Notes: a model not told the origin generated them from the sequence alone. A stretch of 64,000 nucleotides of DNA from Promethearchaeota archaeon (GCA_016840085.1 JAEOTA010000088.1:84517-148516), one strand, 5' to 3'; positions 1 to 10,601 are shown, counted from the first letter of the stretch. Made by a program: numbers and translations.

Positions 1-1547
1 TAAATTATAAATTAAGAGATTGGGGTATTTCACGTCAACGTTATTGGGGGTGTCCTATTCCAGTTATTTATTGTGAGGTGTGTGGTATAGTTCCGGTCCC
101 ATACGAAGACTTACCTGTTTTTTTACCTAAAGATGTTTCTTTTACAGGAGCGGGTAATCCATTAGAAACAAGTCTCAGTTTTATTAATACTAAATGTCCT
201 AAATGTGGTAAAAATGCGAGAAGGGAGATAGATACTATGGATACGTTTATAGATAGCTCTTGGTACTTTTTCGCTTTTTGTGATCCACCTTCTGTTGAAT
301 CAGATATTCCCTATAATAAGAATGTTGTAAATTATTGGGGTAATGTCAATCAATATATAGGAGGCATAGAACATGCTGTTATGCACTTAATATATGCAAG
401 ATTTTTCACTAAGGTTGCTCGAGATCTGGGGCTTCACAAATTTGATGAACCTTTTCAATCTTTACTAACCCAAGGAATGATTAATAAAGCTCATCCATAT
501 TGCCCTAATTGTAATGCATTCTTTATGAAAGCTGATTTAAAAGAAATGAAATGTAAAATATGTGGGAATATTGACCTTATTCAAAAATCTGTTAAAATGA
601 GTAAGAGTTATGGAAATACTGTAGACCCTGGTAAGATTATTGGTAAATATGGAGCAGATGCAGCAAGATTTTTTATTTTATTTGGAGCAAGTCCATCATC
701 AGGATTAGAATGGTCGGATGAGGGTGTTGATTATGCTTATAGATTTATAAAAAATACATTTAGTCTTTTAACTGAATTTCCTAATAATGTAAGACAAGAA
801 CTAACAATCAGAGATTCGTTAATTAAATACTATTTGAATAAAACAATAAAAGAATTCACAGAAAATATGCAGAAACTAGCAATTAGAAATGCAGTTAATA
901 ATTTAATACAATTTATAACAGAATTTGGCAAATATAAAAACGAAGGTGTGAAAAGAGAAATTTTTGAAGAATGTAGAGAAAATCTAGTTTTACTACTTCA
1001 TCCAATAGCACCTCATATGACTGAAGAAATTTGGGAAATTATTGGTAAACAGAAATATGTAAGTCTAACTACCTGGTGTTCTTATAACCAAGAACTTTTA
1101 ACAGAGGAATCTGACTATAAATGGAACTTAATGAACAATATCTTAGATGATATTAAGAATATAAAAACAATAATGAAGAAAGATGATTTAGAATCTCTTT
1201 CACTGATTGTTACTGATCCTTGGAAAACGAAATTTTATAACTCGTTAATATCAATTTTAGAAGAAACTAAGAATCAAGGAGAAATAATAAAAAAATTAAT
1301 GCAAAATAACGATTTTAGAAAGTATAGTAAACAAATTAGTAAATTTGTTGTCAGAATATTAAAGAATGTTGGGAAATATCCAAAATATTGCCTATCTTCA
1401 AATGAAGAATTTCAATTTTTTAATGAAATTAGAACTATTATTGAAAAGAAATACAGATGTAATGTTAAAATTATCTTCGAAAAAGAATCTACTGAACAAA
1501 AAGCATCTCAAGCTCTCCCAGGTAAACCCGCTATAGTTATATCGTAA
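1..1547 (+). CDS. leuS: Leucyl-tRNA synthetase, C-terminal part (gene starts before the window); bacterial-type core
   Basis: Frame is open from position 3 (NYKLRDWGISRQRYWGCPIP); DTMDTFIDSSWYF, YIGGIEHAVMHLIYARF and KMSKS motifs; C-terminus ALPGKPAIVIS. Confidence 0.95.
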   Translation, partial: NYKLRDWGISRQRYWGCPIPVIYCEVCGIVPVPYEDLPVFLPKDVSFTGAGNPLETSLSFINTKCPKCGKNARREIDTMDTFIDSSWYFFAFCDPPSVESDIPYNKNVVNYWGNVNQYIGGIEHAVMHLIYARFFTKVARDLGLHKFDEPFQSLLTQGMINKAHPYCPNCNAFFMKADLKEMKCKICGNIDLIQKSVKMSKSYGNTVDPGKIIGKYGADAARFFILFGASPSSGLEWSDEGVDYAYRFIKNTFSLLTEFPNNVRQELTIRDSLIKYYLNKTIKEFTENMQKLAIRNAVNNLIQFITEFGKYKNEGVKREIFEECRENLVLLLHPIAPHMTEEIWEIIGKQKYVSLTTWCSYNQELLTEESDYKWNLMNNILDDIKNIKTIMKKDDLESLSLIVTDPWKTKFYNSLISILEETKNQGEIIKKLMQNNDFRKYSKQISKFVVRILKNVGKYPKYCLSSNEEFQFFNEIRTIIEKKYRCNVKIIFEKESTEQKASQALPGKPAIVIS

Positions 1548-1710
1548 TATATTTATAAATATACGTAATTTTTCTTTGTAATTTAATAACTTTTAATAGA
1601 AATTTATTAACTTAAGATTAAATAAATTATTTTTATACTGAAAATATTAAATCTAATAAAAAAATGGCTTTAATTAAATTCTTAGAAAAGAATCAAGGAA
1701 TTTATTAAAA

Positions 1711-2580
1711 ATGACTATATATGAACTTAGTATCATCTCAACTACAGGTTTTCCATATTACAACAAAAATATTAAACCGATACCTGAAGGTGTAAAAATT
1801 TTTCTAAGATTTTTTGATTTTTCTAAAGACAAGTCTACAGTTCATGAACAATTAGATTCAAATTCAAAATTTGATCTTACTGCAGGTTTAATTTCTGCTT
1901 TATATGAATTTGCTTGCAATATAGATAAAAGAATACATGTTTTAGAATTTAAACCTACAAAGACATTTAAAGCTTCAAAAAAAGTTAAAGAGAAAGCAAA
2001 ATATCAAGGAGATGTATTGATTACAACACAAACAGAATCTTTTTTGCTCCATAAATCAGTTCAAGAAAAAATAAAGCTTATATATAATTATTTTATAAAT
2101 TCTAAAATTCCTCTTGATTCTTCAGAAGAAATTCAAGAAAATGAACAAAATAAAATAATTGAAATTTTAACTGATTCAAAAGCAAGAAGTATGATAAAAG
2201 ATCATCAAAATGAATTAAAACGCTTAGCAAATGATTTTCTGAGTGAGATGAAAGATTATGGTTTACGGGGAATTTGCATAACTTCATTTGACCTTTCACC
2301 CATAATTACGTTTGGAAAAAAATATTCCTTGAAGCATATTAATGAGATTTTAAGACATATTGGATATATTCCAGAAATAACACCTTTAGATTGGATTTAT
2401 AGATCATCATTTTTTTCTGAAGAACAAATTCAGGTATGCATTATAAAATCAGGAGTCGGACCCACTGTTAAGGAAATTTTATTCGAGCCATATTTTTACT
2501 TACTTTTTGCCGATCCCCAAAGCATCTTTGGAGAATTCCCGGGAAAAATAACAACTTCATTTAATAATATTCTTGATTGA
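1711..2580 (+). CDS. Hypothetical protein, probable longin-like N-terminal domain and small alpha/beta C-terminal domain
   Basis: 289-aa ORF; IYELSIISTTGFPYY...LTAGLISALYEFA resembles the first strands and helix of longin domains (by eye). Confidence 0.5.
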   Translation: MTIYELSIISTTGFPYYNKNIKPIPEGVKIFLRFFDFSKDKSTVHEQLDSNSKFDLTAGLISALYEFACNIDKRIHVLEFKPTKTFKASKKVKEKAKYQGDVLITTQTESFLLHKSVQEKIKLIYNYFINSKIPLDSSEEIQENEQNKIIEILTDSKARSMIKDHQNELKRLANDFLSEMKDYGLRGICITSFDLSPIITFGKKYSLKHINEILRHIGYIPEITPLDWIYRSSFFSEEQIQVCIIKSGVGPTVKEILFEPYFYLLFADPQSIFGEFPGKITTSFNNILD

Positions 2581-2629
2581 AAAAATAAAATCAAATAAAT
2601 CTTTAAATATTAATTACTCCTCATTTTAG

Positions 2630-3397
2630 TTAATCACTCTTAAATGCAGCCTTTATTATTTGAAAAAAAGAATTTGCATCAAGTGATGCCCCTCCAACTA
2701 AGCCACCATCAATATTTTCTTTTTTAAATAAATCTTTTGCATTTGTTGGTTTGATTGACCCCCCATATTGAATTCTGATTAAATTGGCTGTCTCTTTATC
2801 ATATTTTTGGGATAAAAATTCTCTAATGAAAATGTGAACTTCTTCTGCTTGTTCTGGAGTTGCTGTTTTACCCGTACCTATTGCCCAAATTGGCTCATAT
2901 GCGATAACGACCTTTAATATTTGTTCTCTCGTCAAATCTTTAAAAGTTTCATTCATTTGAAATTTAATTATTTGCTGTGTATCACCAGCTTCTCTTTCTT
3001 CTAAATGTTCTCCAATGCACACAATGGGATTTAAATCCATATATAATGCCTTTTTTAACTTTTTATTAGTTAATCCATCTGATTCATTAAATATATTTCT
3101 TCTTTCACTATGACCAAGAATCACATATTCAACACCTATAGTTTTTAAAAAATTTGGTGAAATTTCACCAGTAAACGCACCCTTCTCTTCAAAATACATG
3201 TTTTGAGCACCTAATTTGATATATGTATTTTTTAACATCTCGTATGCACTAGTTAAAGCAGTAAAAGGTGTAGCAATTACTATATCGACAGCATTAATTC
3301 CTTTTACCAAAGGTATTAACTTTTTTAACATATTTCTGCATTCTTCTGGAGTTCCCCTATTCATTTTCCAATTTCCACCAATTATTGGTTTCCTCAA
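2630..3397 (-). CDS. tpiA: Triosephosphate isomerase (bacterial/eukaryotic length type)
   Basis: GGNWKMN, GHSERR, AYEPIWAIGTG, YGGS, GGLVGGASL; 255 aa. Confidence 0.97.
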   Translation of the reverse strand: MRKPIIGGNWKMNRGTPEECRNMLKKLIPLVKGINAVDIVIATPFTALTSAYEMLKNTYIKLGAQNMYFEEKGAFTGEISPNFLKTIGVEYVILGHSERRNIFNESDGLTNKKLKKALYMDLNPIVCIGEHLEEREAGDTQQIIKFQMNETFKDLTREQILKVVIAYEPIWAIGTGKTATPEQAEEVHIFIREFLSQKYDKETANLIRIQYGGSIKPTNAKDLFKKENIDGGLVGGASLDANSFFQIIKAAFKSD

Positions 3398-3527
3398 CTT
3401 TTCTTACCTCTTAATATGATTTAATCTTTTTATAATATAATTTCGCTATAATAGTTGTAAAGTTTAAATTCTATAAAATTCTACCTAAAATTTCTAGAAA
3501 TAACAAACCAATGAGAGAAAATAAAAA

Positions 3528-4031
3528 TTATTCTTGTTTAGGCAGTTTTTCGGACAATTTAGTTGCTTTTAGAATCTTCTTTACATCATCTACATCAGGA
3601 GTCATTATTTCTGGTAAACTCAACTGTGTACGTCTCCTTTTTATGGCAGGTTGCATTGGTATTGCTTTACCATGTTCTAAAATAGTAGTAGCTTGGCCAG
3701 TATAATATGTTGGAGCTTCTCCCCTTTCCACACTCATATTCTTTAAGATAATAAAGATTTCCGTTAATTCAACTTTTTGGGGACAAACTTCATCGCATGT
3801 ATCGCACATTGTACAACCCCAAATATTGAAACTATTTTCAGCACCAAATATTTTTTCTTTAAGTCCTAATAGAGCATCTAGAATCAAACGCCTTGGGTTA
3901 TACCTACCTTCTGTAACTTGTGCGACTGGACACGCACCACTACAAGTAGCACATTGATAACAATATGCTAATGTAGTGCCAATTTCATTACCAAGAATTT
4001 GGTTTCTAAAATCAAAATCTATAGTTGCCAT
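3528..4031 (-). CDS. hdrC: Heterodisulfide reductase subunit C-like 2x[4Fe-4S] protein
   Basis: CYQCATCSGACP and IWGCTMCDTCDEVCP; NPRRLI. Confidence 0.85.
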   Translation of the reverse strand: MATIDFDFRNQILGNEIGTTLAYCYQCATCSGACPVAQVTEGRYNPRRLILDALLGLKEKIFGAENSFNIWGCTMCDTCDEVCPQKVELTEIFIILKNMSVERGEAPTYYTGQATTILEHGKAIPMQPAIKRRRTQLSLPEIMTPDVDDVKKILKATKLSEKLPKQE

Positions 4032-4272
4032 TTGAATTGATCAGTTTATCTTAATATTATGTAATATAACTTATAGTCGGTTTTAAAATTAATTCTTTTA
4101 AAATTTAGTTTTTTAACCAGAAAAATATCTATTAGTTTTTTATGTTTTGACAATCATTATTTAAGTCTTCTTTTTAAATTGTAATTGAAATTAATATAAG
4201 TAATTAAATATTTAATCTTATAACTATATAACAAAATTATTTTAATGGCAAATATTATTAAATTGAGATAGA

Positions 4273-4629
4273 ATGACAAATATCGAAGAATTAAAAGAGT
4301 ATGGTCTTGAAATCACAGAAGATATGAAAAAAGGAAAGGTTATCATCGATATTTATACAAATTGGTGTGGACCCTGCCAATTTTTAAGCCCTCTCTTAGA
4401 AAAATTGGAACGTGAAGGATTGATTAAATTGTTGAAAGAGGACCTAGATCAAAATAGACCCCTTGGTGAAAGATTTGGAATTACAGCCATTCCAACTACT
4501 CTACTTTTCAATAATGGTGAACTCTTAAATCATCCTATAGAAGTTCAGGGACAAATACTAGTAAAAAACGGACTAATGGTTGGAGCAGCAGGAGAACAAA
4601 TAATTCGTGAAATCATTGAAAAAATGTAA
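4273..4629 (+). CDS. trxA: Thioredoxin
   Basis: WCGPC active site; FGITAIPT cis-Pro motif. Confidence 0.9.
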   Translation: MTNIEELKEYGLEITEDMKKGKVIIDIYTNWCGPCQFLSPLLEKLEREGLIKLLKEDLDQNRPLGERFGITAIPTTLLFNNGELLNHPIEVQGQILVKNGLMVGAAGEQIIREIIEKM

Positions 4630-4872
4630 TTGGATTAAAATTAAATTGTTTTCACAGGAAATTTTCATTTTTCCTTTTTTATATAAACATTTACTAAAAC
4701 AGAATTAGTATTCGAATAATATAGATTAAAAATTTCAATGATCGAGTAAGATAATATGTTTTCTTAATAATCAATTACTATGTGTTAATAAGAATTCATA
4801 CAAATAATCTATTATTCAAATTATAAATTTTTTATTTAATGAAAGTTTTTCAATATTTAATTTGATAAAAGA

Positions 4873-5400
4873 TTGGAAAATAGCAATATGAATTATTCAA
4901 GAAAAGAATTAATACAAACAGACGCAACTATGAATCAAATGAGAAATGCAATTTATGGCTTAGCTCGTTTTATGGAGAAAAACGGAGTCACTGATTTGAA
5001 GAATAAATTGAGGAAGATGGGACAAAATATAGCTAGAACTTATATTCAATACTGGAGACCAACAAATTTAATTAATACTTCTAATTTAAAAGATGTTATT
5101 ACAACAATTTATCAAAAAATATTGAATAGTAGTGTGTCAATTGAAATAAATCAAGTAGAAAGTTTAATAAAAGTTCAAGATTATAAATGTGCTTTGTGCA
5201 AATATCATTATGATGATATAGAGATAGCAGGTTGTGAAATAATATTAGGTATGGTTTCTGAAATCATTTCTCTTATAAGTCAAGAATCTCATGATCCTTC
5301 TTCTATATTTTTAGAGCCCTATGATGTAACAGAATCTCGAGCATATGGAAATAAAACATGTATTCAATTATATAAATATAAAATAGGAGAGAAAGGTTAG
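4873..5400 (+). CDS. V4R/TRAPP-Bet3-like domain protein (start may be ATG at 4888)
   Basis: LRKMGQNIA helix, CALC, GCEIILGMVSEII, ESRAYGNKTC pattern typical of the V4R/Bet3 fold. Confidence 0.6.
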   Translation: MENSNMNYSRKELIQTDATMNQMRNAIYGLARFMEKNGVTDLKNKLRKMGQNIARTYIQYWRPTNLINTSNLKDVITTIYQKILNSSVSIEINQVESLIKVQDYKCALCKYHYDDIEIAGCEIILGMVSEIISLISQESHDPSSIFLEPYDVTESRAYGNKTCIQLYKYKIGEKG

Positions 5401-5402
5401 AA

Positions 5403-6875
5403 ATGGGGGCTTTTCAGTGGTTAATGAAAAAGATAACGAAAGTATTTGGTCGTTCTACAAATGCTCTATTTTATACCTTACTTTATAGAGAAATTCTTAA
5501 GGAAATTAATGAGGTCACTAAGAAAGAAGAAGACAGCCTTATAATTCTTAGAGAACTTGGAAAGAGAGCAGCTATTGAGTCTTGTGAGCGACATTCAAGT
5601 ATTTTTAAATTTATGCCAGGATCTCCTAAAAAAGTTTTAGATTATTTCGAGATTCTTTGGGTTGTCGTGTTTGGAAGAGATTTAGATGATTATTCATATG
5701 AAGAAATTCCTAAAGTAGACTCAAAATATAATGATTATGTTTTAAAAATCAGTAAATGTCCTATCTGCGCGGGCTATGGGAAAGATATTGAAGATTCATT
5801 TGATTTTAATAAATTGAAAAGTAAAGAAACAGAAGGGCTAGCTTGTGGACTTTGCGGAATGTTAGAAAGTGTTGCTAATTTTATCTTAAAAATAAAAAGG
5901 AATAATTATAGAATTCAAATAGTTGAGCAAGAATGTATAGCTAAAGGAGGAAATTCCTTACAATTTATCTGCAAAATACATGATATAAATGAATGGAAAC
6001 AACTTATGGCTTCAAGAGTTGAAGAAAAGGCTATATTAAGTGTGCATTTTGAAGAAGATTTAGAAGAAGAGGAGATTATTCAAGAAACAAAGATTGATGT
6101 TATAGATAAAATCCAAGATGTTATCTCAATCGATAAACTAGAGGAATATCTTGATGAACCATTAGAAAGTATAAAAAATAGAGTTTCTGATATTATTAGA
6201 GATAAATTAAATATGGAGCCTAAAAATTTCTTCGACTACTTCCGTAATTATGAGGATGATATGATAAAAATAATTGGATATTTAGGCACACATCTTTTAA
6301 ATGAATATGGAGGATTATTGGAGAAATCTCTTAAAAATGAGTGGTTTGCAAAAGTTTTAGGATATATTTTTAAACAACTTAAAGAAATGACGCTATTATT
6401 TATTCCATTAGACGTTATACGTGATTATAATGAATTATTGGTCAGTTTTCTTGATGATTTAGCTCCCTCAGAAATGGTTGATAATGTAAAACAATTTACA
6501 AGCAAAGATACAATTAATTATCTCTTTGAGGGTGCTCAAATGGCTCTTGAAAATTTAGGGATTGATTTTTCCGAACTTAAGGATAATGTATGGGAGGAAT
6601 TAAAAGCGGAACGTGAGAACGGCTTAATTTCTTCAGAAACATCAACAATTGAAAGGACACGTGACAGAGTACCACAAATAATCAATATAATGCAACAAAT
6701 TTTAATGATAATGAATGATATCCTCACTTTGCCAATTAGAGTCTTAATATCAGAAAGCCATTACGGATTAAAAACAGCAATTAATTCTGTGGTCTCGGAA
6801 GAAGAAGGGTTATATGGCTCAATACGTGGGAAACTTGATAACATATTTGACCAGATTCAAGAAATAAGAAAATAA
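5403..6875 (+). CDS. V4R/Bet3-like domain protein with long helical C-terminal region
   Basis: LRELGKRAA, KCPIC, ACGLCGMLESV, EQECIAKGGNSLQF; follows the previous gene after 2 nt; last 336 bp duplicated at 11442-11777. Confidence 0.65.
   Translation: MGAFQWLMKKITKVFGRSTNALFYTLLYREILKEINEVTKKEEDSLIILRELGKRAAIESCERHSSIFKFMPGSPKKVLDYFEILWVVVFGRDLDDYSYEEIPKVDSKYNDYVLKISKCPICAGYGKDIEDSFDFNKLKSKETEGLACGLCGMLESVANFILKIKRNNYRIQIVEQECIAKGGNSLQFICKIHDINEWKQLMASRVEEKAILSVHFEEDLEEEEIIQETKIDVIDKIQDVISIDKLEEYLDEPLESIKNRVSDIIRDKLNMEPKNFFDYFRNYEDDMIKIIGYLGTHLLNEYGGLLEKSLKNEWFAKVLGYIFKQLKEMTLLFIPLDVIRDYNELLVSFLDDLAPSEMVDNVKQFTSKDTINYLFEGAQMALENLGIDFSELKDNVWEELKAERENGLISSETSTIERTRDRVPQIINIMQQILMIMNDILTLPIRVLISESHYGLKTAINSVVSEEEGLYGSIRGKLDNIFDQIQEIRK
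6540..6875 (+). repeat. Copy 1 of duplicated 336-bp gene 3' end (in frame with 5403-6875)
   Basis: Collinear, ungapped with 11442-11777; 88/111 aa identical by manual count. Confidence 0.95.
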
Positions 6876-6916
6876 TGCGTAGAGATTCAAATAAAACTCT
6901 TTCTTACGTTAATAAT

Positions 6917-8386
6917 TCAATCTTCATCTGGACCCCAGGCTTCTTCTATTTCTTCTGGCGTCATACCATTAAACCAAGTCATAAAATCTCGTTTAAAATT
7001 AGAAGGATAATAAGGCTTTTTGAAAATAAAAGTATATATATTTTTAAGTCTCATACCTTTTTTCCTCATCTTTATAGTTATATCTCTTCGATGTTTAAAT
7101 AAGATCTCATTTCTTCCACCAAAATTATGTTTATACACGCTTACTATTGTATTAAAAGGTAATCCACTAATCTTTGCAATTTCATAATTTGGAACTTCCT
7201 TGGTTACCCATTCCTCCCATTGGGATTTAGATATCCCACAGTATTTCTCTTCAAGATTTTCAAGTATATTTCTTATTTTATTAATATCTAATATCTTTAA
7301 TTTGAGCCAAAATTTAAAATCTAAATTCTCTTCTTTTTTCCACCATTTAAAAAGCCACCCCTCCTTAGAATGAGGAGATGAAAAAGTATTATAAATTTTT
7401 TTATATGAAAATCCTTCATAAACTAATGCTTCAACTACTGGTTTTAAAAATAATTTTTGAGCCTTTACCCAATCTTTAAATTCCTCAATGATTCTTCTAC
7501 GTAATGTGTTCTCTGCAATATTCTCATTCATAAAATCATTCTTATATAATTTATTTAAAATTTTCCAAATTTTCTTCTGAGTATATCCTAATGCAATCAT
7601 GCCAACTATGTCATAAAATGGAAGAGGGATATAGGGGAGTCCCCCTTGACCTCCTCCAAGCTCATTAAGTTCTAAGGTGGTATCATATTTGTGTATGAGT
7701 TTAATCTCTTGCTTTATTGCTGTCTCTAATTTTTTATGACATACCAAATCTACTACATCAAAATAATTTTCTTCAATTTTATATGATAATTTTTCCAACA
7801 TTCTACTCTGGGAATATACATCCTCAATTTGGAGAAAATCATAAATTTCATTAATTATATAACCCATATCTTCTAGTGCCAAAATAATTGACCTGTTAAG
7901 TTTTGTTGGTATTTCACGTCGATATCCCCTTTGATAATCAATAAATTGTTCAATAGCTTCTTGAATATGAGTCTTAAATCTAATTTTTTCAGTTGAGTGT
8001 GTATAACCAAAATATTTCTTCTTTTTGAACCAATTATTAGGAAAACTATTTTTACACTTAATCAAATATACCATAGCTTCATAATTTCTGTATCTTTTTA
8101 CGAATCCATAAAATTTATCCTTAACAGTTATATAATCTTTACCTTCATAAATATCAACTAACTCTTGTTGAATAGTTAATCGTTTTTGCACTGCTCTGTA
8201 TAAAGGAAGTTTACCCGATCTAATACAATATTCTAACACTATATCAGCATATTCTAATATCTTTAAATAAATGGTTTCATCCTTACTTTCCTTTAAAATC
8301 TTATCTCGCATATAATTATAACCATTTAAACTCACATCATGTCTAGTTATTAGAATTCCATTTTTTTCTTTTGGTTTTTGAACCAC
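6917..8386 (-). CDS. GIY-YIG-family endonuclease with C-terminal HTH-like segments
   Basis: MVYLIKC...KKYFGYT...IRFKTH and later KQEIKLIHKYDT..LNELGGG match the GIY-YIG Y/YxG/R/E/N layout; YTQKKIWK, FSYKKIY, PNYEIAKISGL look HTH-like. Confidence 0.65.
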   Translation of the reverse strand: MVQKPKEKNGILITRHDVSLNGYNYMRDKILKESKDETIYLKILEYADIVLEYCIRSGKLPLYRAVQKRLTIQQELVDIYEGKDYITVKDKFYGFVKRYRNYEAMVYLIKCKNSFPNNWFKKKKYFGYTHSTEKIRFKTHIQEAIEQFIDYQRGYRREIPTKLNRSIILALEDMGYIINEIYDFLQIEDVYSQSRMLEKLSYKIEENYFDVVDLVCHKKLETAIKQEIKLIHKYDTTLELNELGGGQGGLPYIPLPFYDIVGMIALGYTQKKIWKILNKLYKNDFMNENIAENTLRRRIIEEFKDWVKAQKLFLKPVVEALVYEGFSYKKIYNTFSSPHSKEGWLFKWWKKEENLDFKFWLKLKILDINKIRNILENLEEKYCGISKSQWEEWVTKEVPNYEIAKISGLPFNTIVSVYKHNFGGRNEILFKHRRDITIKMRKKGMRLKNIYTFIFKKPYYPSNFKRDFMTWFNGMTPEEIEEAWGPDED

Positions 8387-8842
8387 TAAAACACCGTTTT
8401 TATTTTGATTTTTATAATAAAAGGCTTTTTCTGACTATGATTCAAGAAATGACAATCACAAAGAGACCCTATCCTTACTTTTATAATAGAATTTCTATCT
8501 ATCTTTTTTAACCACATTATTAATTTTTTTATTATGAATGATGATTATTTTTACTTGCAAAATAAAAGTCCTTTTTAATAATTTATTTAATATAATGATA
8601 AATTTCACATATTTAAATCTAGTCAATTTACATCAATTATTCCATCCAACCGATTTTGTCTTTATAAATAACTTAAAAATTTCTTAAGGAATTTTTCCTT
8701 TATAAATATTTCGTAAAATCTATAAATATACATACCTCATAAATACCTTATACGAGTATAAAGTATCAATCTAAAATAGCTTTTAGTAATATAAGATTTT
8801 TATTCCAAGATTAAAAATAATACTTTCTCGTACACGTTAATT

Positions 8843-9673
8843 TCATATTTCAAAATTTTTCATAAAATTTTCTAATGAAATAAAACTAATCTTGTCATAA
8901 TGATTTTCCAAAACTAGTTGTTTCCAATTGATACTATCTAAAATTACTGCCAAATCTGTGATATCGGAAATTGCCGGATCCATATCCATATATTCGTTGT
9001 CTAAATTTTTTACAATTATTTTTTTGAATATGTCATTGATGATATATAAAAAATCTAAAAATGTACTAACTTCGAATTCTTTAAAAACTGAATTTAATTT
9101 ATCCCATTGGTCATAAATATAAAAAACCTGTGAAGTTAATAAACATGCTTTTATTAAACCAAAAATCCCATATCCTGCTCTAAATGTCGTTTGGAATGAA
9201 TGGAAATTAAGTTTAATATGTTCTTCTGGAATTGACTTGTCAATTTTTTCATGAACTAAATAATTTGCTATAAAATCAAAAAAAATCTCATTTAAATTAA
9301 CTTTGAAATACTGATTATTGATTCTACATTTAACATATTCATCAAACGGTAATATATAAGAATGTAATTTATTGAATGTCTCACATGAAATTGAATGCCC
9401 ATATTCATGACGGGCAACCTGAATAAAATAATTTCTGTATGATTCGGGATTATCTTTAAATATTTCCCTATGTGCGGGATTTGATAAGTAATAATCGATG
9501 GGAATGATTTTAAAACTAATATTGATATGTTGTTGAGACCAATTACAATCCACTAATCCTTTATCATTTATCTTGTCTAATGAATAATTCAATTGACGCT
9601 TATCCTCAAATCTTTGCATTAATGATTCAAATTCCTTTTTAAAATATTCAATGATATCGTCTTGATTAACCAT
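8843..9673 (-). CDS. HEXXH zinc-metallopeptidase-like protein
   Basis: VARHEYGHS with downstream NEIFFDFIAN; overlaps the upstream DUF4238 gene. Confidence 0.55.
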   Translation of the reverse strand: MVNQDDIIEYFKKEFESLMQRFEDKRQLNYSLDKINDKGLVDCNWSQQHINISFKIIPIDYYLSNPAHREIFKDNPESYRNYFIQVARHEYGHSISCETFNKLHSYILPFDEYVKCRINNQYFKVNLNEIFFDFIANYLVHEKIDKSIPEEHIKLNFHSFQTTFRAGYGIFGLIKACLLTSQVFYIYDQWDKLNSVFKEFEVSTFLDFLYIINDIFKKIIVKNLDNEYMDMDPAISDITDLAVILDSINWKQLVLENHYDKISFISLENFMKNFEI

Positions 9674-10595
9674 GTATAATTCTAAACCTGTTTAGGTCTT
9701 TTAAATCCTTATATTCTTTAACATATTTCCGTGCGAATTTAAAATCATTTGTTCTCGTAAAAACGGTTCTATGTGCCATTGCGATGATTTGCGTGTTAAT
9801 AAAATCCAATTCACGTTGAATTACCCTTTTTGACATTCCAAAATGTCTATATTCTGATATTTCCTTATCATAAAAAACCAAACATAATCTCGGTGTTAAA
9901 GGAAAAAAAATTTCCACACCCTTCGCTGTGTATATTTGTCTACCAAAACCTCTAATTTTCAATTCTTTATTTTCAGGGGGTATATATACGCGCACGGGAT
10001 GGTCAGATGTGTAAAACTCTCTTTTTAAATCGTTTTTTAATAATACGGAACCTAACTCTGCCATCTCGAATATTGTTTCAATCGGATAATGAATGGTACC
10101 ATCTTCCATTTCCACGGGATTAATCATGACATTTAATTGCCCTCTCGCCGCACCTCCTTCTAATAATTTCTTTTTATATTCTTCGGAAAAGTTTTCAAAT
10201 GGAGGAAATCCTTGTTCTTCTTCAAAATTCTTGTAAACCAACTCATATATTTGGGCATTGCGGGTACGGGCGCTACGGGTACGTTCATTCTGTATAATTA
10301 TATAATGGTACATAATGTATTTATCATATAATGTTAAGTGTTTGATTGATTGGTCTTTTATGATTCTATGATATACCGTGGCGTGTAATCCTTCCAAATG
10401 CGAAAAGTAATTCTCAAACTCGGGTGGATCATCATTGTCATAAAAATATCTTTCCATTGCTACTTGTGTGATGTTTGAATTATACGATTTATCCAATTCC
10501 TTGTTATAACATTGAATTGAATATTCCCCCGACGCTTTTTGTATAGCGAAATTTTTCAAATAAAATTTCGGTACATAATGCTGCTTTTTTTTCAT
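9666..10595 (-). CDS. DUF4238 domain protein
   Basis: KKQHYVPKFYLKNF N-terminus, RT..AR, FYTSDHPV, FPLTPRLCL. Confidence 0.85.
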   Translation of the reverse strand: MKKKQHYVPKFYLKNFAIQKASGEYSIQCYNKELDKSYNSNITQVAMERYFYDNDDPPEFENYFSHLEGLHATVYHRIIKDQSIKHLTLYDKYIMYHYIIIQNERTRSARTRNAQIYELVYKNFEEEQGFPPFENFSEEYKKKLLEGGAARGQLNVMINPVEMEDGTIHYPIETIFEMAELGSVLLKNDLKREFYTSDHPVRVYIPPENKELKIRGFGRQIYTAKGVEIFFPLTPRLCLVFYDKEISEYRHFGMSKRVIQRELDFINTQIIAMAHRTVFTRTNDFKFARKYVKEYKDLKDLNRFRIIHG

Positions 10596-10601
10596 ATTAT
10601 T

